Of a DNA stretch of 64,000 nt, positions 38,693-52,127 are shown piece after piece. The position numbers and the translations under genes are program-made. The notes beneath the pieces are model-generated. The model saw nothing but the letters and a program-made list of their open reading frames with translations, did not search any database and had not been told where the DNA came from. How positions within the stretch are numbered: the first letter of the stretch is position 1; each line of letters begins with the position of its first letter. Source of the stretch: Massalongia carnosa (taxonomy: Eukaryota); NCBI GenBank assembly GCA_965645245.1, contig OZ287073.1:744001-808000 (forward strand). Reading direction: 5' to 3'.

Positions 38693-39535
38693 CTAATACA
38701 ACCGCTTTGGCGGCGACATCGATGCCTTGATCGTCAGGCTCCCTACATTCTGCCACCCTTTCTTCAACAAGCTGACTAAGTAGTTGATGGCCAACATAAC
38801 GTTGGATATCAGCTCATCCTCCGTCATGCCCACGTTCCCAACTGCAACTCCCAAGCAGAGAACTTTCTTCAATTGAAACTTGATGGTTGACTTCACTTCG
38901 GTGATTTTCGCGCTGAGGTCCTCGTTATGTGAGATGGGCGTGGGGAATTTGCCCGCTGATTGGAGGCTCAGTATGAGCTGGAACGTTCCAGAAATGAAGG
39001 CTTACCTTTGGACAGCCCTGGACCCAATAAACGAGGAATCTGCTTGATTAGGGTGTCAGAGGCAACAAATGCGTCGTATTTGCGGGCCAGCTTCTTGACA
39101 AGCTTTTTGTTTTTGTTCAGCTTCTTCAGGTCATCGGAAGACATAGCATCTACGCCATGATGCTTGGCACGATCGATATCATGTTGGTCACCCAGCACAC
39201 TATCACCATGGCCATGTAAGTATCTCCATCCTATGTATGATGCTTCCTTGCTACTGAGAAACTTGGCCTGCAAACATACCAAATAGTCATACCAGGCCGA
39301 GGAACACGAGGCAGCTTGACGGTGCCAGAGAAACGTTTGTCACGTTGAGGATCATAGTTCTTGAGGCCGATCTGTAATTCAACTGTTTCGAGGAAGTTTC
39401 GTTTCTTTTCGTTGAGAGAGAATTCAAGTAGCGATTGCACATTCGTGCGCACTCCGGCTGCGGGGAAGACAAGGATTAGCCTCTTCATGTCCAGAAAACT
39501 GACTAGAGTGACCTACCGACTGTGATTTTGGACAT
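38693..39535 (-). CDS. RPL1: 60S ribosomal protein L1 (uL1/L10a), 4 exons
   Basis: MSKITV|AGVR...[25 protein letters not shown]...[19 protein letters not shown]...[23 protein letters not shown]. Confidence 0.97.
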
Positions 39536-40658
39536 AATGGGGACAGTCTTCCAGAAGAACGATGAGTTCTTTTGGTGAGGATCTGCGCGTGCGGTGGATT
39601 GAGATGCAAAAGGATGGAATTCGCTTAAATTTTGTGGGCAAGATTAGTTATAGTTTAGCGCTAGAAGAAACCCACCTTTTGCATGCTTTAAAATCAAAAT
39701 ATGACGGAAAATTAAATTCAGTTAATATGAAAGGGTGTATTAATATTCTACCATCTTAGCGGAAGTCTATTGGTTCACATTACAGTGAGAGTTTAGATAT
39801 TAAACATAACAATCAGCAGGATTCTTTGACTATCTGTTTAAACGTTTACTTTTCGTAGATGAATGGTTTTCTTTATGTGACTGTGATCTGCGTTTACCCA
39901 GAATCTCGCCCTAAATAGACATCATAGCCTCCTGCTAAGGTCTTTTAGCTACATACGAAGTGTGTAACTTGCGTGCCAAGACTCTTCTCTTCTCTTTCCC
40001 ATACTCTTTTCTACGGTCTTCCGTTATTCAGGTTCAAAGAAATAACGATATCAACTTGATACCCTAGGGGTTTCTTTCAGGCAGAATCTGACATATCTTC
40101 TGCATCTGCTCTCTTAGTAGTGACCTGTGCTTCTCTCGAACTCTGGCGTATAAATCTGTAACCGTTCTGACTTTGTCAATATTTTGTGAGTGACAAGGTC
40201 GAACCTACAACGTCACATATACATCTCAGAAAACCCAAAGACTACCAGGTTTCTGCTCCGCCCATGCCGCGGATAAACAATGTGCAGAATGTCGCTCCAG
40301 CATCGCGTGATTTAGATAGTCATTACGTAAAAAAGGTCAGCGAAGGTAATAGTCGTTTTAATAGCCCTAAAGGTTCCGGACCATCAAAGTTCAGCAATTG
40401 ATAAGAATCCAAGTAAATGGTTTTCGATGCGCAGGATAGAGGTCCTCTGATTTGCTGGGATTCTTATAGCTACACTAATCACAGTACCTGTCAATTTTGT
40501 TTTGTGGGTAGTAGACCGTGAAAGACATTTCAGCTGCAGGGGTAAACTCCCCCGTAATTGCAAATACCAGTTGGATTTTAGGGCTATCGGTTTTTTGTGA
40601 TTCCTTATTCTCAGGTTCGCGACTGGCAGAGTCCCACAGTAAAATATCCGAATCCGCT

Positions 40659-42303
40659 TCAGGTCCTATAATCGCCGTTGATAGTCACGTCTAATTGTTG
40701 TTAGCTAAGGTGACATAGACTAGGGACCGCAACACTTACACTCGTGACTTAAATCGCACGTCCAATAGCTGGCCTCGTTCTCTCTCTGCTCGCCCTTTCC
40801 AAGGTCTACCAATATTTCCAAATCTTCTTCTGCCAGAATCTGAGCCGCTCGTATCTCGTCGGCTGGCTCCGGCTCCCCGTCGACGAGTAATTTCAGGGGC
40901 TCAGTACCATCCTGTGGTACAAAGCTGACGCTCGCTTGTTCTGGTATTATTGTATCATCGTGGCTAAGACCCTGCGTATAGCCAATTGCGCATAAGATAC
41001 GGCCCCAATTGGCGTCTTTGCCGTATAATGCGGTCTTAACGAGAGGGCTGCGAGCAATTGTACTCGCGATGAGCCGCGCATCATCAAAAGATGGAGAATT
41101 AATGACCCGAATACGCACGAACTTTGTGGCTCCTTCCCCGTCGCGGACCACCAACTGAGAAAGCTGTTGGGCGAAATATGTAAGAGTTTTCTGCATCGCT
41201 ATGCCATCTTCCGATGTAAGAGACGTGATAGGGCGCCCCCCAGCTACGCCATTAGCAAGAAGTACGACAGTGTCGTTAGTACTCATATCGCCATCTACAC
41301 AAATAGCGTTGAACGAGCGATCAACAGCGTATGTAAGGAGGGGTTTCAAGGTCGAAGCAGGAATAGGAGCGTCGGTACAGAGAACACCGAGAAGAGTAGC
41401 CATATCAGGAAAGATCATGCCTGCACCTTTTGTCATTCCCGCTAGACTATAAGGTATACCAGGCGAAGAAGGCAGCGTAAAAGTTATAGATAGGAGTTTC
41501 GGGAAGGTGTCGGTGGTACAGATTGCCCCGGCTGTAGTTAGCCACGATTGATGGGAATTGTCGAGGTTTTCGAATGCTTTCGGTACAGCGGAGATGATTT
41601 TTCGAATAGGGAGACGTTGCCTAGGGAATCTTCAGACTTCTCTTGATAAGATGGAGCTTGAACTACTAGATAGTTCTTAAGGTAGAATGCCCTCGCAAGG
41701 TTGTTTACAAACCATCTATTCAAACATGCTGGGAAAGATAATGAAAAGGTACATACCCAATTACACCTGTAGACATTACTAAAGTACTACTTGATAGCTC
41801 TGAGGTCGAGAGAAATTGCTCGTCAACTGCTGCAGCCATATCGGCTGCATCCTGAATCCCATTTTTGCCCGTTATAGCATTTGCGCAACCGGAGTTGATA
41901 ATGACGGCTCTAATCCCCTCCCCACATCGCTTTTGGAGGGTTTCTCGACTGACCGTAACCGGGGCGGCCTGGAATTTGTTTCTTGTAAACACGGCAGCAG
42001 CGGAACAAGGCTTTTCAGATAAAAAAATGGCAAGGTCTGGGAGATGCTTGTTGGACGGCTTTACCCCAACATGAACACCGGAAACGAGGAAGCCTTTAGG
42101 ATAGGACCCCGATGTAGGCACATATTTTTGCTTCGCCGCAGGTATGGCTCCATTGACCGGAGCAGAGTAATACCTGACTTGTTTGAAGGCAAACGAAGTG
42201 TTCCTCCAAGCAATCAAGCCTACAGGATCGGTTAGCTACCAGGAAATGTAGTATAGATAGGATCTATAGCCGTGCATCTACCTCTTTTTGGGCAAGCATT
42301 CAT
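40659..42303 (-). CDS. ARG7: Ornithine acetyltransferase ArgJ/Arg7, mitochondrial
   Basis: [49 protein letters not shown] (autocleavage Thr), [17 protein letters not shown] and INGDYRT. Confidence 0.95.
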
Positions 42304-42537
42304 GACTTAATTTGAGAATTAAAATACCTTAAGCTTAAAGGCGCTCAAAGAAAGAGGGGGGGGAAATATGTACAGCAGTTCGTGTTGAGACTAACACTTA
42401 AGACTTTCTCGGCTGTACACTGTACTCTGCTCCATATAGAAGAAAGGCACATTTTTACTGCTAAAATTGGGTATATTAAACTACCGGTTTTTATGATAGT
42501 TTGGTATTTTCTGTTTTTTTTTCGTTTGACAGTCTTC

Positions 42538-42543
42538 TGACTC
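42538..42543 (+). promoter_or_regulatory. Possible Gcn4/CpcA core site (TGACTC) upstream of ARG7
   Basis: TGACTC 235 bp upstream of the ARG7 start. Arginine genes are classic cross-pathway-control targets, but a single hexamer is weak evidence. Confidence 0.3.
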
Positions 42544-42898
42544 GTTAGTTACCCGCCCGAGCCGAGTTGGTGGCTTCAGCTCTTTCCAAGCATGATCAGC
42601 GCTTGCATCTCTTGTGATACAATATCACGGCGCCTGAGCGACTCTTCGTGGTTTACTCTCTGGGTTTGTGTTTGGTCTTTTCTTTTATAATGTAATGAAT
42701 CTACATCGGCATGGTCTTTCACCAGTATCCTGTTTCTAAAGCTTGGGCTATTGTAACGATTGTTTGATTCATAGTACCTACCCTATTATCTCGATAGACC
42801 CCACGACTACATCAAACCCCATTTGTAGTGTAGCCTACTATTTCTTCTTCTATATGTTTCTTGTTTAAAAACTGAAACCGTTTCAACCTCGTTCTCTA

Positions 42899-44993
42899 AT
42901 GGCAAGCTTTGAGGATCTCGATCAGCAGCCGGTCTATGATCGTTTCAAAGCTGCCTTTTCAGAAGCTGATACACTGAATCTGGTAGTCAACTTTGATAGC
43001 GAGGCAGCTTTTGCTGCGCTGAACATTGAACTTTCTGGCATAGAAGGCGTCTTGGAGGCTGAGGTAAGTCACGTCAGTGGACAAACTCATCTACTCAAAA
43101 AACACTTCGAAATGTTAAGTAAGTAGTTCGCTCTAACACGTCAGCTCTTAGCTTGTAAAAAGTAAGAAAACTCGGTGGATGTAAGTTACTGAAACTCAAC
43201 CTATCTTGGGAGATTCTCACTATCCAACAGTAACATATGGGGCCCAGAGCGCCAGAAGGATATCGTGAAGGCTAGTCCCTGGTAATCGATTACAACGAAT
43301 TATTTTTAATAAGCATTTATAGGCAATTGCAGGTCATTATGGATTTTCGGCCCGCCTTCTTGGGTTAATGTGCACCGACCATGACAAACCTATGGTTGCC
43401 AATCCTGATGTCCCTGAAGCTCACGGAAGTTTTCATGCTATGATGCATTCTCCACGCTTCGCGGGATTCAAGTCGGTAGAAAGCCATACAAGTGATATCG
43501 AAGCACACGAGATGGTGAATGCTTCTAGATCGAAAGCCAGTGGGCTAGATCTTAATCACTATCGTGTGGTCAACGAAGTTTGGCATTATTGTTCAGTCGA
43601 TTGGGGCTCTCGCTGTAAGCTCATTTAACCTTGATTTCCCAGAAAACGATCTAGGACTGATTCAAGCAAGACCTTTGTATTGGATATAACTCTCTCTGCA
43701 ACCCGCAGCCCGAGCATATAGATCTTACCGATCCAGAGAAGCATCTTGATGACAAGCCGTTAGGCAGAAGATTGTGGAGCTGGTTGGTATTGTGTGATGA
43801 TGGTACATGCCTACCCTTCCACTCTCATCCATACGTCTTCTAATGAGTGTGCTAACCTAGGAACAATCATTTCTATACATGAGAACCCCTTTCCTAATCA
43901 CCGAGGGTGTCTTGAGTCTAAGGATCATGCTATCCTTAAACTAATAAGAAGAAACCTTTTAAGTATTTTCCAACAGTTATCGACAGCCTCTGATCCTAGT
44001 AGAAGTAATAATCCTATCATGACCGTGCCCCTCCGATCAGGTCTCCAGGTTGTCAAAGGCAGCGAAATCGTCCCTTCGGATGGCCCTAGTCTGATGTTCT
44101 ATTACCTTTTCGATGACTGGTTGACCAGCTATAGTCTGGTGGCGCGGCAAGAACATCAATATGGCGCGCAGCTTGGTCGTCTTGTAAGTATACTGAACCT
44201 TGCTTCTGTTTATGCTAATGTTGCCATAGCGAGTGAAGATGTCCATAAAGCCTGCAGTACCATTAATTGAAAACCTCCATCATATAGGGCGCCAGCTGGC
44301 GATCCTGAAGCGTATATACGAGAGTTACGCCCTCATTATTAACCGAATATTGGATAGGCAGCAGCCTATGACTAACCCGAAATCGCCAAGATCGAACAAT
44401 TCAAGCGCTCATATCGCCCAGCTCTTGGATGATACGTCGTCCGACAAGGAGGGGCTCTCAAGAGAGGCCCAGTCCTTTGGAGTATCTCTATCTCCGGCTG
44501 CGATAGTACGCTTCGAGCGATTGAGGGACAGAGTTAATCTTTATGCCCTGAGTGAGATACAGGATTGTTTGGATGAGAAAGAATCGTTGGTGTTTTTGGT
44601 TTGTTTTTAAAAATTTAAAGAAAGTGGTGGTGGTGCTAACATGAACACAAGAATTTCAATCTTATCACTCTCAAAGAATCCCAAGCTGTCGAGCGACTTA
44701 CCCGCATTACCATTCTTCTGGCAAAACTCACTATTCTTTTTATGCCAGTCAGTCTGATGACAGCGTACTTTTCGATACAAATCAAAGAACTCGAAGGCGT
44801 TTACACCGTCAAGACGTATTGGACCGCATTTGGGGTAATTATGGGATTATCCATTATGTTTTTGGTGGTATTTGGGACACTAAGCGGCACCTTGGAGGGT
44901 AAACCCATATATCAGTCCCTAACCCGGATACTCTTCGAATCGTCGAAAAAAGCTTTAAAAGCCAGGAGACGAAGAAGTTTACAGAATACCTAG
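42899..44993 (+). CDS. CorA-like Mg2+ transporter superfamily protein, multi-exon
   Basis: Spliced ORF with FYYLFDDW, LHHIGRQL, and two C-terminal TM helices (TILFMPVSLMTAYFS; YWTAFGVIMGLS). Confidence 0.75.
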
Positions 44994-45753
44994 TGAGAGC
45001 CAGAGCACTAACGATAATGAATGAAATTGTCAGACTTGGAGTATGTTTCAGACGTGAAAATCAAACAACAGCTTTAGTCAGGGAACATGTAGTGTATTCA
45101 CCGCCCATAAGATGTGAAGATGCGAGATAATGATTGCCTAGCAGCGTTCGTTACGGCATTAACATTAGCATTAACATAGCGTAGCCCACAAGACCGGAGA
45201 AGAAGACACTCTAAAGGAAATGGGTAGTCGATCGAGAAAGTAACTAGGATCTAGGCAGATATAAATGCATACATTTTCTCCTGGATAGATGGTTCCAGCC
45301 ACATTGTATTTTAGAAAAGGCTATAAGAGTACGATGGCATACCCAATGCTAAAGATTCCCCATTCCATTACTGGAAGCGAATACACGAGTCACGTGCGTA
45401 TGCAGATCGCCTGAAGCTGGTCAAAAACTTCAGTGGCCTTTACTTATCTGTCGTACCTGCCACAACCACATCCATATTGACAACCCCCCCAACATATACT
45501 TTCAGCCACCAAAAGACGCAGGATCAAACATTTCAAACGGTAAGGCTACGTTCGCTAGCTTTTCCCTTAAGTGAGCTGCACGAACCTAGGCAGCGATCCC
45601 AAAGAGAGACTGTAGCTAGCCCACGTCCCCTTTACAGAGACGCATCAGCGCCGAGAGGCCTAACTCAACACCCGAGTACACAACCTGTGTTATATTCTAA
45701 TGCTTATGAAGTATCTTATAGCTACACTCGCTCGTATCGCAAAGGCACGCTGA

Positions 45754-46526
<773 letters not shown>

Positions 46527-47219
46527 CGTGGCAACCGACTGCCTCGTTCCCATAGCAAGCGGAAACCCATGACCTCTCTCGTCCTCTAGATTGTCTACTT
46601 TGTTACTCTTCTCGTTAACTGAAGTGCTCCACGGTCCGTATAGGGTCAGGTGCCATTCTTAGTGCATCTAGGATGCGGTGCTTGGTTCTGCATAGCGGTG
46701 GTAGTCTCGCTTCGTCTCCGGTGGTGCTAGGGCTGCTTTGTTGTCTTTAATCATGTTGAATGACGGGTGTTTTTAGGCCTTGCTAGATTTGCATTCTCGA
46801 TGATTTCTGCCTTGCCTCCAAGTTTGTCCTACATGCGTTAGGTGATCCGAGTGAATGCATGTCAGGTCAAGAGACTGCCATCGAAACCACAGTCTGGGGG
46901 AGGGTTAATCCCAGAGGTCATGCGAAGCTTCTGGTTGTGGAGTGAAGGCTCTATGAAGATTGGCTGCCTTTTTGCCTGTAGAATTCCCGTGAACTTTGTG
47001 GAGCCTACAAAGAATTCCTGCCCCGTTTCGTGTTGAAGCGAATTAGCAGACAGAAACGTATGTCGGCATGTATTCTTCTTCTATACTTGTCTCCTTTCCA
47101 GCGTGTACTTCGTTCGAAGCAACCAGGAATATCAAGCAGCGCAAACAAGCCGCACCGATCCTTTCGAGATGATTTGTACTTGATTCTTCGGATCAAGTTA
47201 CTCCGAGACTGTTGATTGA

Positions 47220-47240
47220 GTGAGTCATTCGATGACTCAC
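47220..47240. promoter_or_regulatory. Inverted pair of Gcn4/CpcA (AP-1 type) sites
   Basis: GTGAGTCAT-tcg-ATGACTCAC contains two perfect TGA(C/G)TCA heptamers. TATAAA at 47308-47313 and the RtcB ATG at 47465 follow. Confidence 0.6.
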
Positions 47241-47464
47241 GAGAGCTATAACATACCTGTTACGAAGAGCGGGAGTATCGTACTTCCTCCCTTGGCCCCC
47301 CAACAAGTATAAAGCGATCAATACGTTTTCTTATCGCACAGTTCTACTGATCGTTGAGTTGGGTCGGTTCTAATACCTTTAGCTTTTCCTTTTCGTTCCT
47401 TTACCATCTCACTCGAACTGGAGCAAACTTGCTCAATCGCCTTGTCCCATTACAGCCTTTCATT

Positions 47465-49005
47465 ATGCCTGCCACACGCGTGACAATTGCCTTAAATTCC
47501 AAGCAATCCCAAAAAGCTCCTCTACTCATCCCTTCTTCCCTTTCATATAACCCAACCTATCACGCTTCATGTCGAGATCTTGTTATCAAAACCGCTCAAT
47601 CAAAGTTGCGGTTGAAAAAGGCTAGTAGGGTGTTCGTTGCTGGCGGTCGAGAGTTGCTGGCACAACAAGATTGGGGGGATGTTTTGAAAGATGATATCGT
47701 GCTTCTTGTCTCGGCAGGAGAGGAGTATGTTGGTTTGGAGAAAGACAAAGGCTCTCTGACTGGAAAGGGGGATGGCCAGAATGGCACGGGATCTGCAGCC
47801 GAATGCCATCCAGATTGCTCAATCAACCTTCTCGCCGAGAGGGCTTTCATTGACTCAATGTCCATTACTCAATTAGAGACTGCCGCTCGGACTTTACCTG
47901 GCATCATTCATGCTGTTGGACAGCCGGACTTGCATCCAGGGACCAAATTTCCCATTGGTGCGGTTTTTGTCTCCGATGGATGGATACATCCACCATTGAT
48001 CGGCGGCGACATCGGTTGTGGCATGTCATGGTATAAGACTCGACTTTCTAGGGCAAATGTCGAAAAAGACAAGGGGCGAAGGGTTGCCGAGAAATTGAGA
48101 GGCTTAGAAGGTGAATGGCGGACGCAGCAAGATCGATTAATCTGGCTACGAGGGGAACCGAACGATAAAGAGCAAAGCTGCAGCGCTGGGGAGAGTTGGG
48201 ACGCCGTGTTAGGAACCATAGGAGCTGGCAACCATTTCGCGGAGATCCAGGTAGTGGAAGAATCCGAATCAGCCCTTGCCGAAAGCAACGGTTCAAAGTC
48301 TCCGCATGAGCTGTACGAAGGAGAAGTGGTTCTTCTGGTTCACTCCGGATCCCGTGGGTACGGAGGAGATATACTGAAACGCTACACCGCCACGGGACAA
48401 GAAAGCCTCCACGAAGCTAATCCCCTTGCCCGTCAATATCTAGAAGAGCACAACCGTGCATGCGCGTGGGCGTCTCGAAATCGGGATTTGATCGCGCTCC
48501 GATTCCTTGCGTGCCTAGAGCCTGGCGACGAGTTATGGGATCTAGGCATCAACGACTTCACGAAGTCGCCCACCTACCTAGAGGAAATCCTAGTTGCCAG
48601 AAGGAATGTCCAAGCCCGAAAAGTTATCGATATCTACCACAACAACGTCGAACCCACGCTCTGGCCCCCGCGCGCCCCACTGGCCATCGTGTCAAGCCCT
48701 CGCACCGCCCAGAAATACGTCTACATCCACCGCAAAGGCGCCGCGCCAACCCACTCCCCAAGCACGCACCTTCCCCTGACCATCCTCCCCCTCCCCGGCT
48801 CCCGCGCCACCCCCACCCTAATCCTGCGACCGACGTTCCCCTCCTCCACCGCCTGGGGCCAGGCCAACGCGCTGAGCCTCGCCCACGGCGCCGGCCGCGC
48901 CATGTCCCGCGCCAAAGCCGTTGGGTACGTGGCGCAGAAATACAAAGGTAACGCCGAGGATCTGCTGCGCGGGGGCTTTACGCGCGTGGACTGGCAGAGC
49001 AACAA

Positions 49006-49043
<38 letters not shown>

Positions 49044-49276
49044 GCGCAACAACGACGATGACCACCGCCACAGCCGGGGAGGACGACGATGGCGACGGCG
49101 AGGCCGTGCATGGAGGGACGTGGGTGGTATGCGAGGACAAGCGGCTAGTGTGGGAGGAGGCGCCGGAGGCGTACAAGGACGTTTGGGCCGTGGGCGGGGA
49201 CCTGGAGGCGGCTGGGGCGGCGGATCGGGTCGGGTGGTGTCGGGCGATGGTGAGTTATAAGGTTCGGAAGGAGTAG
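47465..49276 (+). CDS. rtcB: RtcB-family RNA 3'-phosphate/5'-OH ligase (RtcB2, 'release factor H-coupled' type) with an N-terminal ubiquitin-like domain
   Basis: Intronless. PDLHPG, DIGCG, GTIGAGNHFAE, VHSGSRG, YHN, HRKGA, PGSRA, SLAHGAGR, EEAPEAYK and terminal SYK are all present. Confidence 0.9.
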
Positions 49277-49997
49277 TTTTTGGGGGTTTGTTTTGGGTGG
49301 GGGTGGTGGATTGGAGATTGATGGATAAATGGATGGATGTATTTATGTATGTTCTCTCTCTCGATTCATTTTATCGCCTCGCTTTTTCTCTCATACCTTT
49401 TCGCATTTCTGCCTTTCTTTCTCTCTCTAATTCGTCCTTTCTCCTTTCTCCATCTCCCGTTTCTCCCCATCGTCGAATTCTTCTTCCCCTTCCCCCCAAA
49501 GTTGACGGGAACGGAACATGTTTCAAGAACGAATGGAAGAAGACGAAGGAATACGAACGACGAAATAAACAAATACAGGAAATAGAGAAATGAAGAGAAT
49601 ACGGGGGGTTTTTTTTAAAAAACGAGGCACAAACACATAACCCCTTTTAGGGGGTTTTCGTTCTAATAACTCGTTTTTCTGCCTATTCATTAAATAATTA
49701 CCAACCCCTTTCCCCCCGGGACCAAATTTCGCACGGGCGTCTTTTTCTTTAATTACAATGCTCTGTGCTCTTGGATACATACATACATGGCGTGCAATAT
49801 TAATTCCCCCTCCCTAGGGAAAAGAGAAAGGAGAGAGAAAAAAAAAGGCAAGGAGCAGATAGAAAAGAACCAATCACTCCCCTTCCCGCTTCCGTTGTGG
49901 GTCTTTCTCGGGGCTTGACCAGAACCAAAAAACCACATCTCCCAGTGTTTCCCAAACTTTCAGCTCATTAACGAGTTCAACAAACCTAACCGCTTTC

Positions 49998-50931
49998 TCA
50001 CAACGCAAATGCCGCTAGCGCAGCCAGCACCGCGCCTGTGCCCACGAAGTTGGCGGTGGCGGCGCCCTGGTATCCGGGCTTCGACGATGGAACGGGGGTG
50101 GATTTAGAGCCATCGATGGTGGTGTTGCCGGCGATAATGGTGAAGTTCGCGCAAGTCAGGCGCGTGGCGTTGTTGGAGTGCACCACGATGGAACGATTGC
50201 CGAAGAAGGCGGCAGGACCCTTGGCGGTGGAAAGGTAGAGGTCGAGGTAGCTAGAGGGTGTTAGCGAGACGGTAAGTTGTTGAGTGATTCATTCGCTGAT
50301 TGGTATTAAGGTGGCATTCGAGAGCGGAGAGAAAGGGCAGAAGAAGGCTAGGGTTCGGACGAAGAAAGAAAGGCTTACGTGGTTTGGAAGGGGCTACTGG
50401 TGATGTTGCCATGCTTCCCGGCCAGATCGCCGACTTGGCAGTTTGCGGGGTCATTGGGGTCGCAGGGGGGTTTCTCGCCGCGAATGTACGGGTCTAGATG
50501 GGCTTTGGTGCCGGTGCAATTGCCATCTGCGGGTACTGGGTGGTCATGAATGTGGTAGACTAAAGGAGGTTGATGTTAGCCAGACGGCTCTCGATCCGCG
50601 AGAGATATGCATGTGCGGAGCGCAATAGCAAGAGAAAGCGAAGCGCATAACGGAGACAACGCTTACTGAAAGGGCCCAAGTCTGCCGAGGGGAAGCCAAA
50701 GAGGTTGATGTTAAAGTCAACGCCCTTGCCGTTGGCGGCCGTGGTGCCGGCGACGTACCCGCGAATGCCAGCCGACGCCTTGTCGGGCAGGATGGCAGTG
50801 TATGTCACGCCGATTGGGTTGTTCTCGATGACCGCTGCGGGGCCCAATGCACCGGTCGTGCCTGGGACTGGGAGGGCAGCATGGGCAAGCGCGATACCGC
50901 CGAGGGCAGTGACGAGAAGAGTGGAATGCAT
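49998..50931 (-). CDS. Secreted GPI-anchored Cu-only superoxide dismutase (Sod4/5/6 type), 3 exons
   Basis: Signal peptide, YHIH, HLDPY, CQVGDLAGKHG, RSIVVH, TRLTCANF and a hydrophobic GPI signal at the C-terminus. Confidence 0.88.
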
Positions 50932-51372
50932 TATGTTGGTCGATCGATCGTGTTTGCTAACTGATTACAGAGTATGTTGTGCAATGTTTGTCTTCTATGG
51001 ACATCGAGGAGGTTAGAAAGGTGTCTTGGCGATCCCGACTTGTTTCGAAACAAGATGGGGTGCTGGGGAAATAGTGGAGGACCGACTTACCAGCAAAAAG
51101 TCTCCGGGAGAATGAAAGCAACGATGCAGTTTGGATGATGATGATGAATTGATGAACGAGAGGTATATTCGTGAGTTAATTCATACGAGCAAAGCAGCGC
51201 GCTGAAGCAGTATTAATGAATGCCGGCACAACACTCTCTAGGCTATTTTTGTTGTTTTCCTTTGAACGATGTTTTAAAAAAAAGGGACGGACGATGGCTG
51301 TTGTTTGCGAATATGCAAATCAAAAACAAGGAGGTCGGGTCGCCGCCCCCCTCCTAGCACCTCCGTACTGTT

Positions 51373-51411
51373 ACCGTAACCATAACCATAACCGTAACCG
51401 TAACCGTAACC
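51373..51411 (+). repeat. (ACCRTA)n hexamer microsatellite
   Basis: accgta-accata-accata-accgta-accgta-accgta-acc read directly from the sequence. Confidence 0.85.
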
Positions 51412-52127
51412 ACCCTTCCTTCCCTCTTACAAACCACCAACTCGTGCATACGTCGTACGGGCGTCTACACGTTACGGTTCCCGTGATTGGAAAGGGGTAT
51501 TTCCATCCTCCATCCGGACTGGATCGGGTAGCTAGCACGAGCTACCGATTGGCTGTGTAGGTACAGCTCGGTACAGATACATGCGAGGTGAAATGGTTTA
51601 AGCAAAAAGGCAGGGCAGTGGCGGGGGGGAAGGGGGGAAGGGCTGGAAAATATATACAAGCGTCATCGATTGTAAAAAAAAGTCGAACCTAGTTCATCAT
51701 TTTCGGTGTTTGGAGATCTCCGAGTTCTCTGTACCACTAGCACTTCCGTCATGATGTACGGAGTACTCCGTACTGTCTGTATTTGGCGTCATTAGTTTCG
51801 GATTGTGGGGGAAAGAACGGTTCCCTAAACGCGGGGTTTTTTGGGGGAAGGGGAAATTAACTGGATGTGATTGGTTGGAGAGGAAGAGAGGAAGGAAGGA
51901 AGGAAGAAGGATTTGGGAATTACGGCACAGAACAGGCATCCAGTTGCCTGCTTGGTATCAGTCTATAAATTAATCTGACGAGGAATGTTTCGTAATACCT
52001 ATTTACAGAGTACTCTGTACATAGGTATCTAGTTAGTTGAGCGTATCTTCCAAACGTTCCAAACATTTCCGGGTCGAATTAACTAAGTGATAGATCTGTA
52101 TGACGCTTCTTAGCGCCTGATCTCATA

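Noticed and set aside
51373..51411. TAACCR repeat as an interstitial telomere
   Set aside because: Units are TAACCG/TAACCA rather than TAACCC and there are only about 6; treated as a microsatellite.
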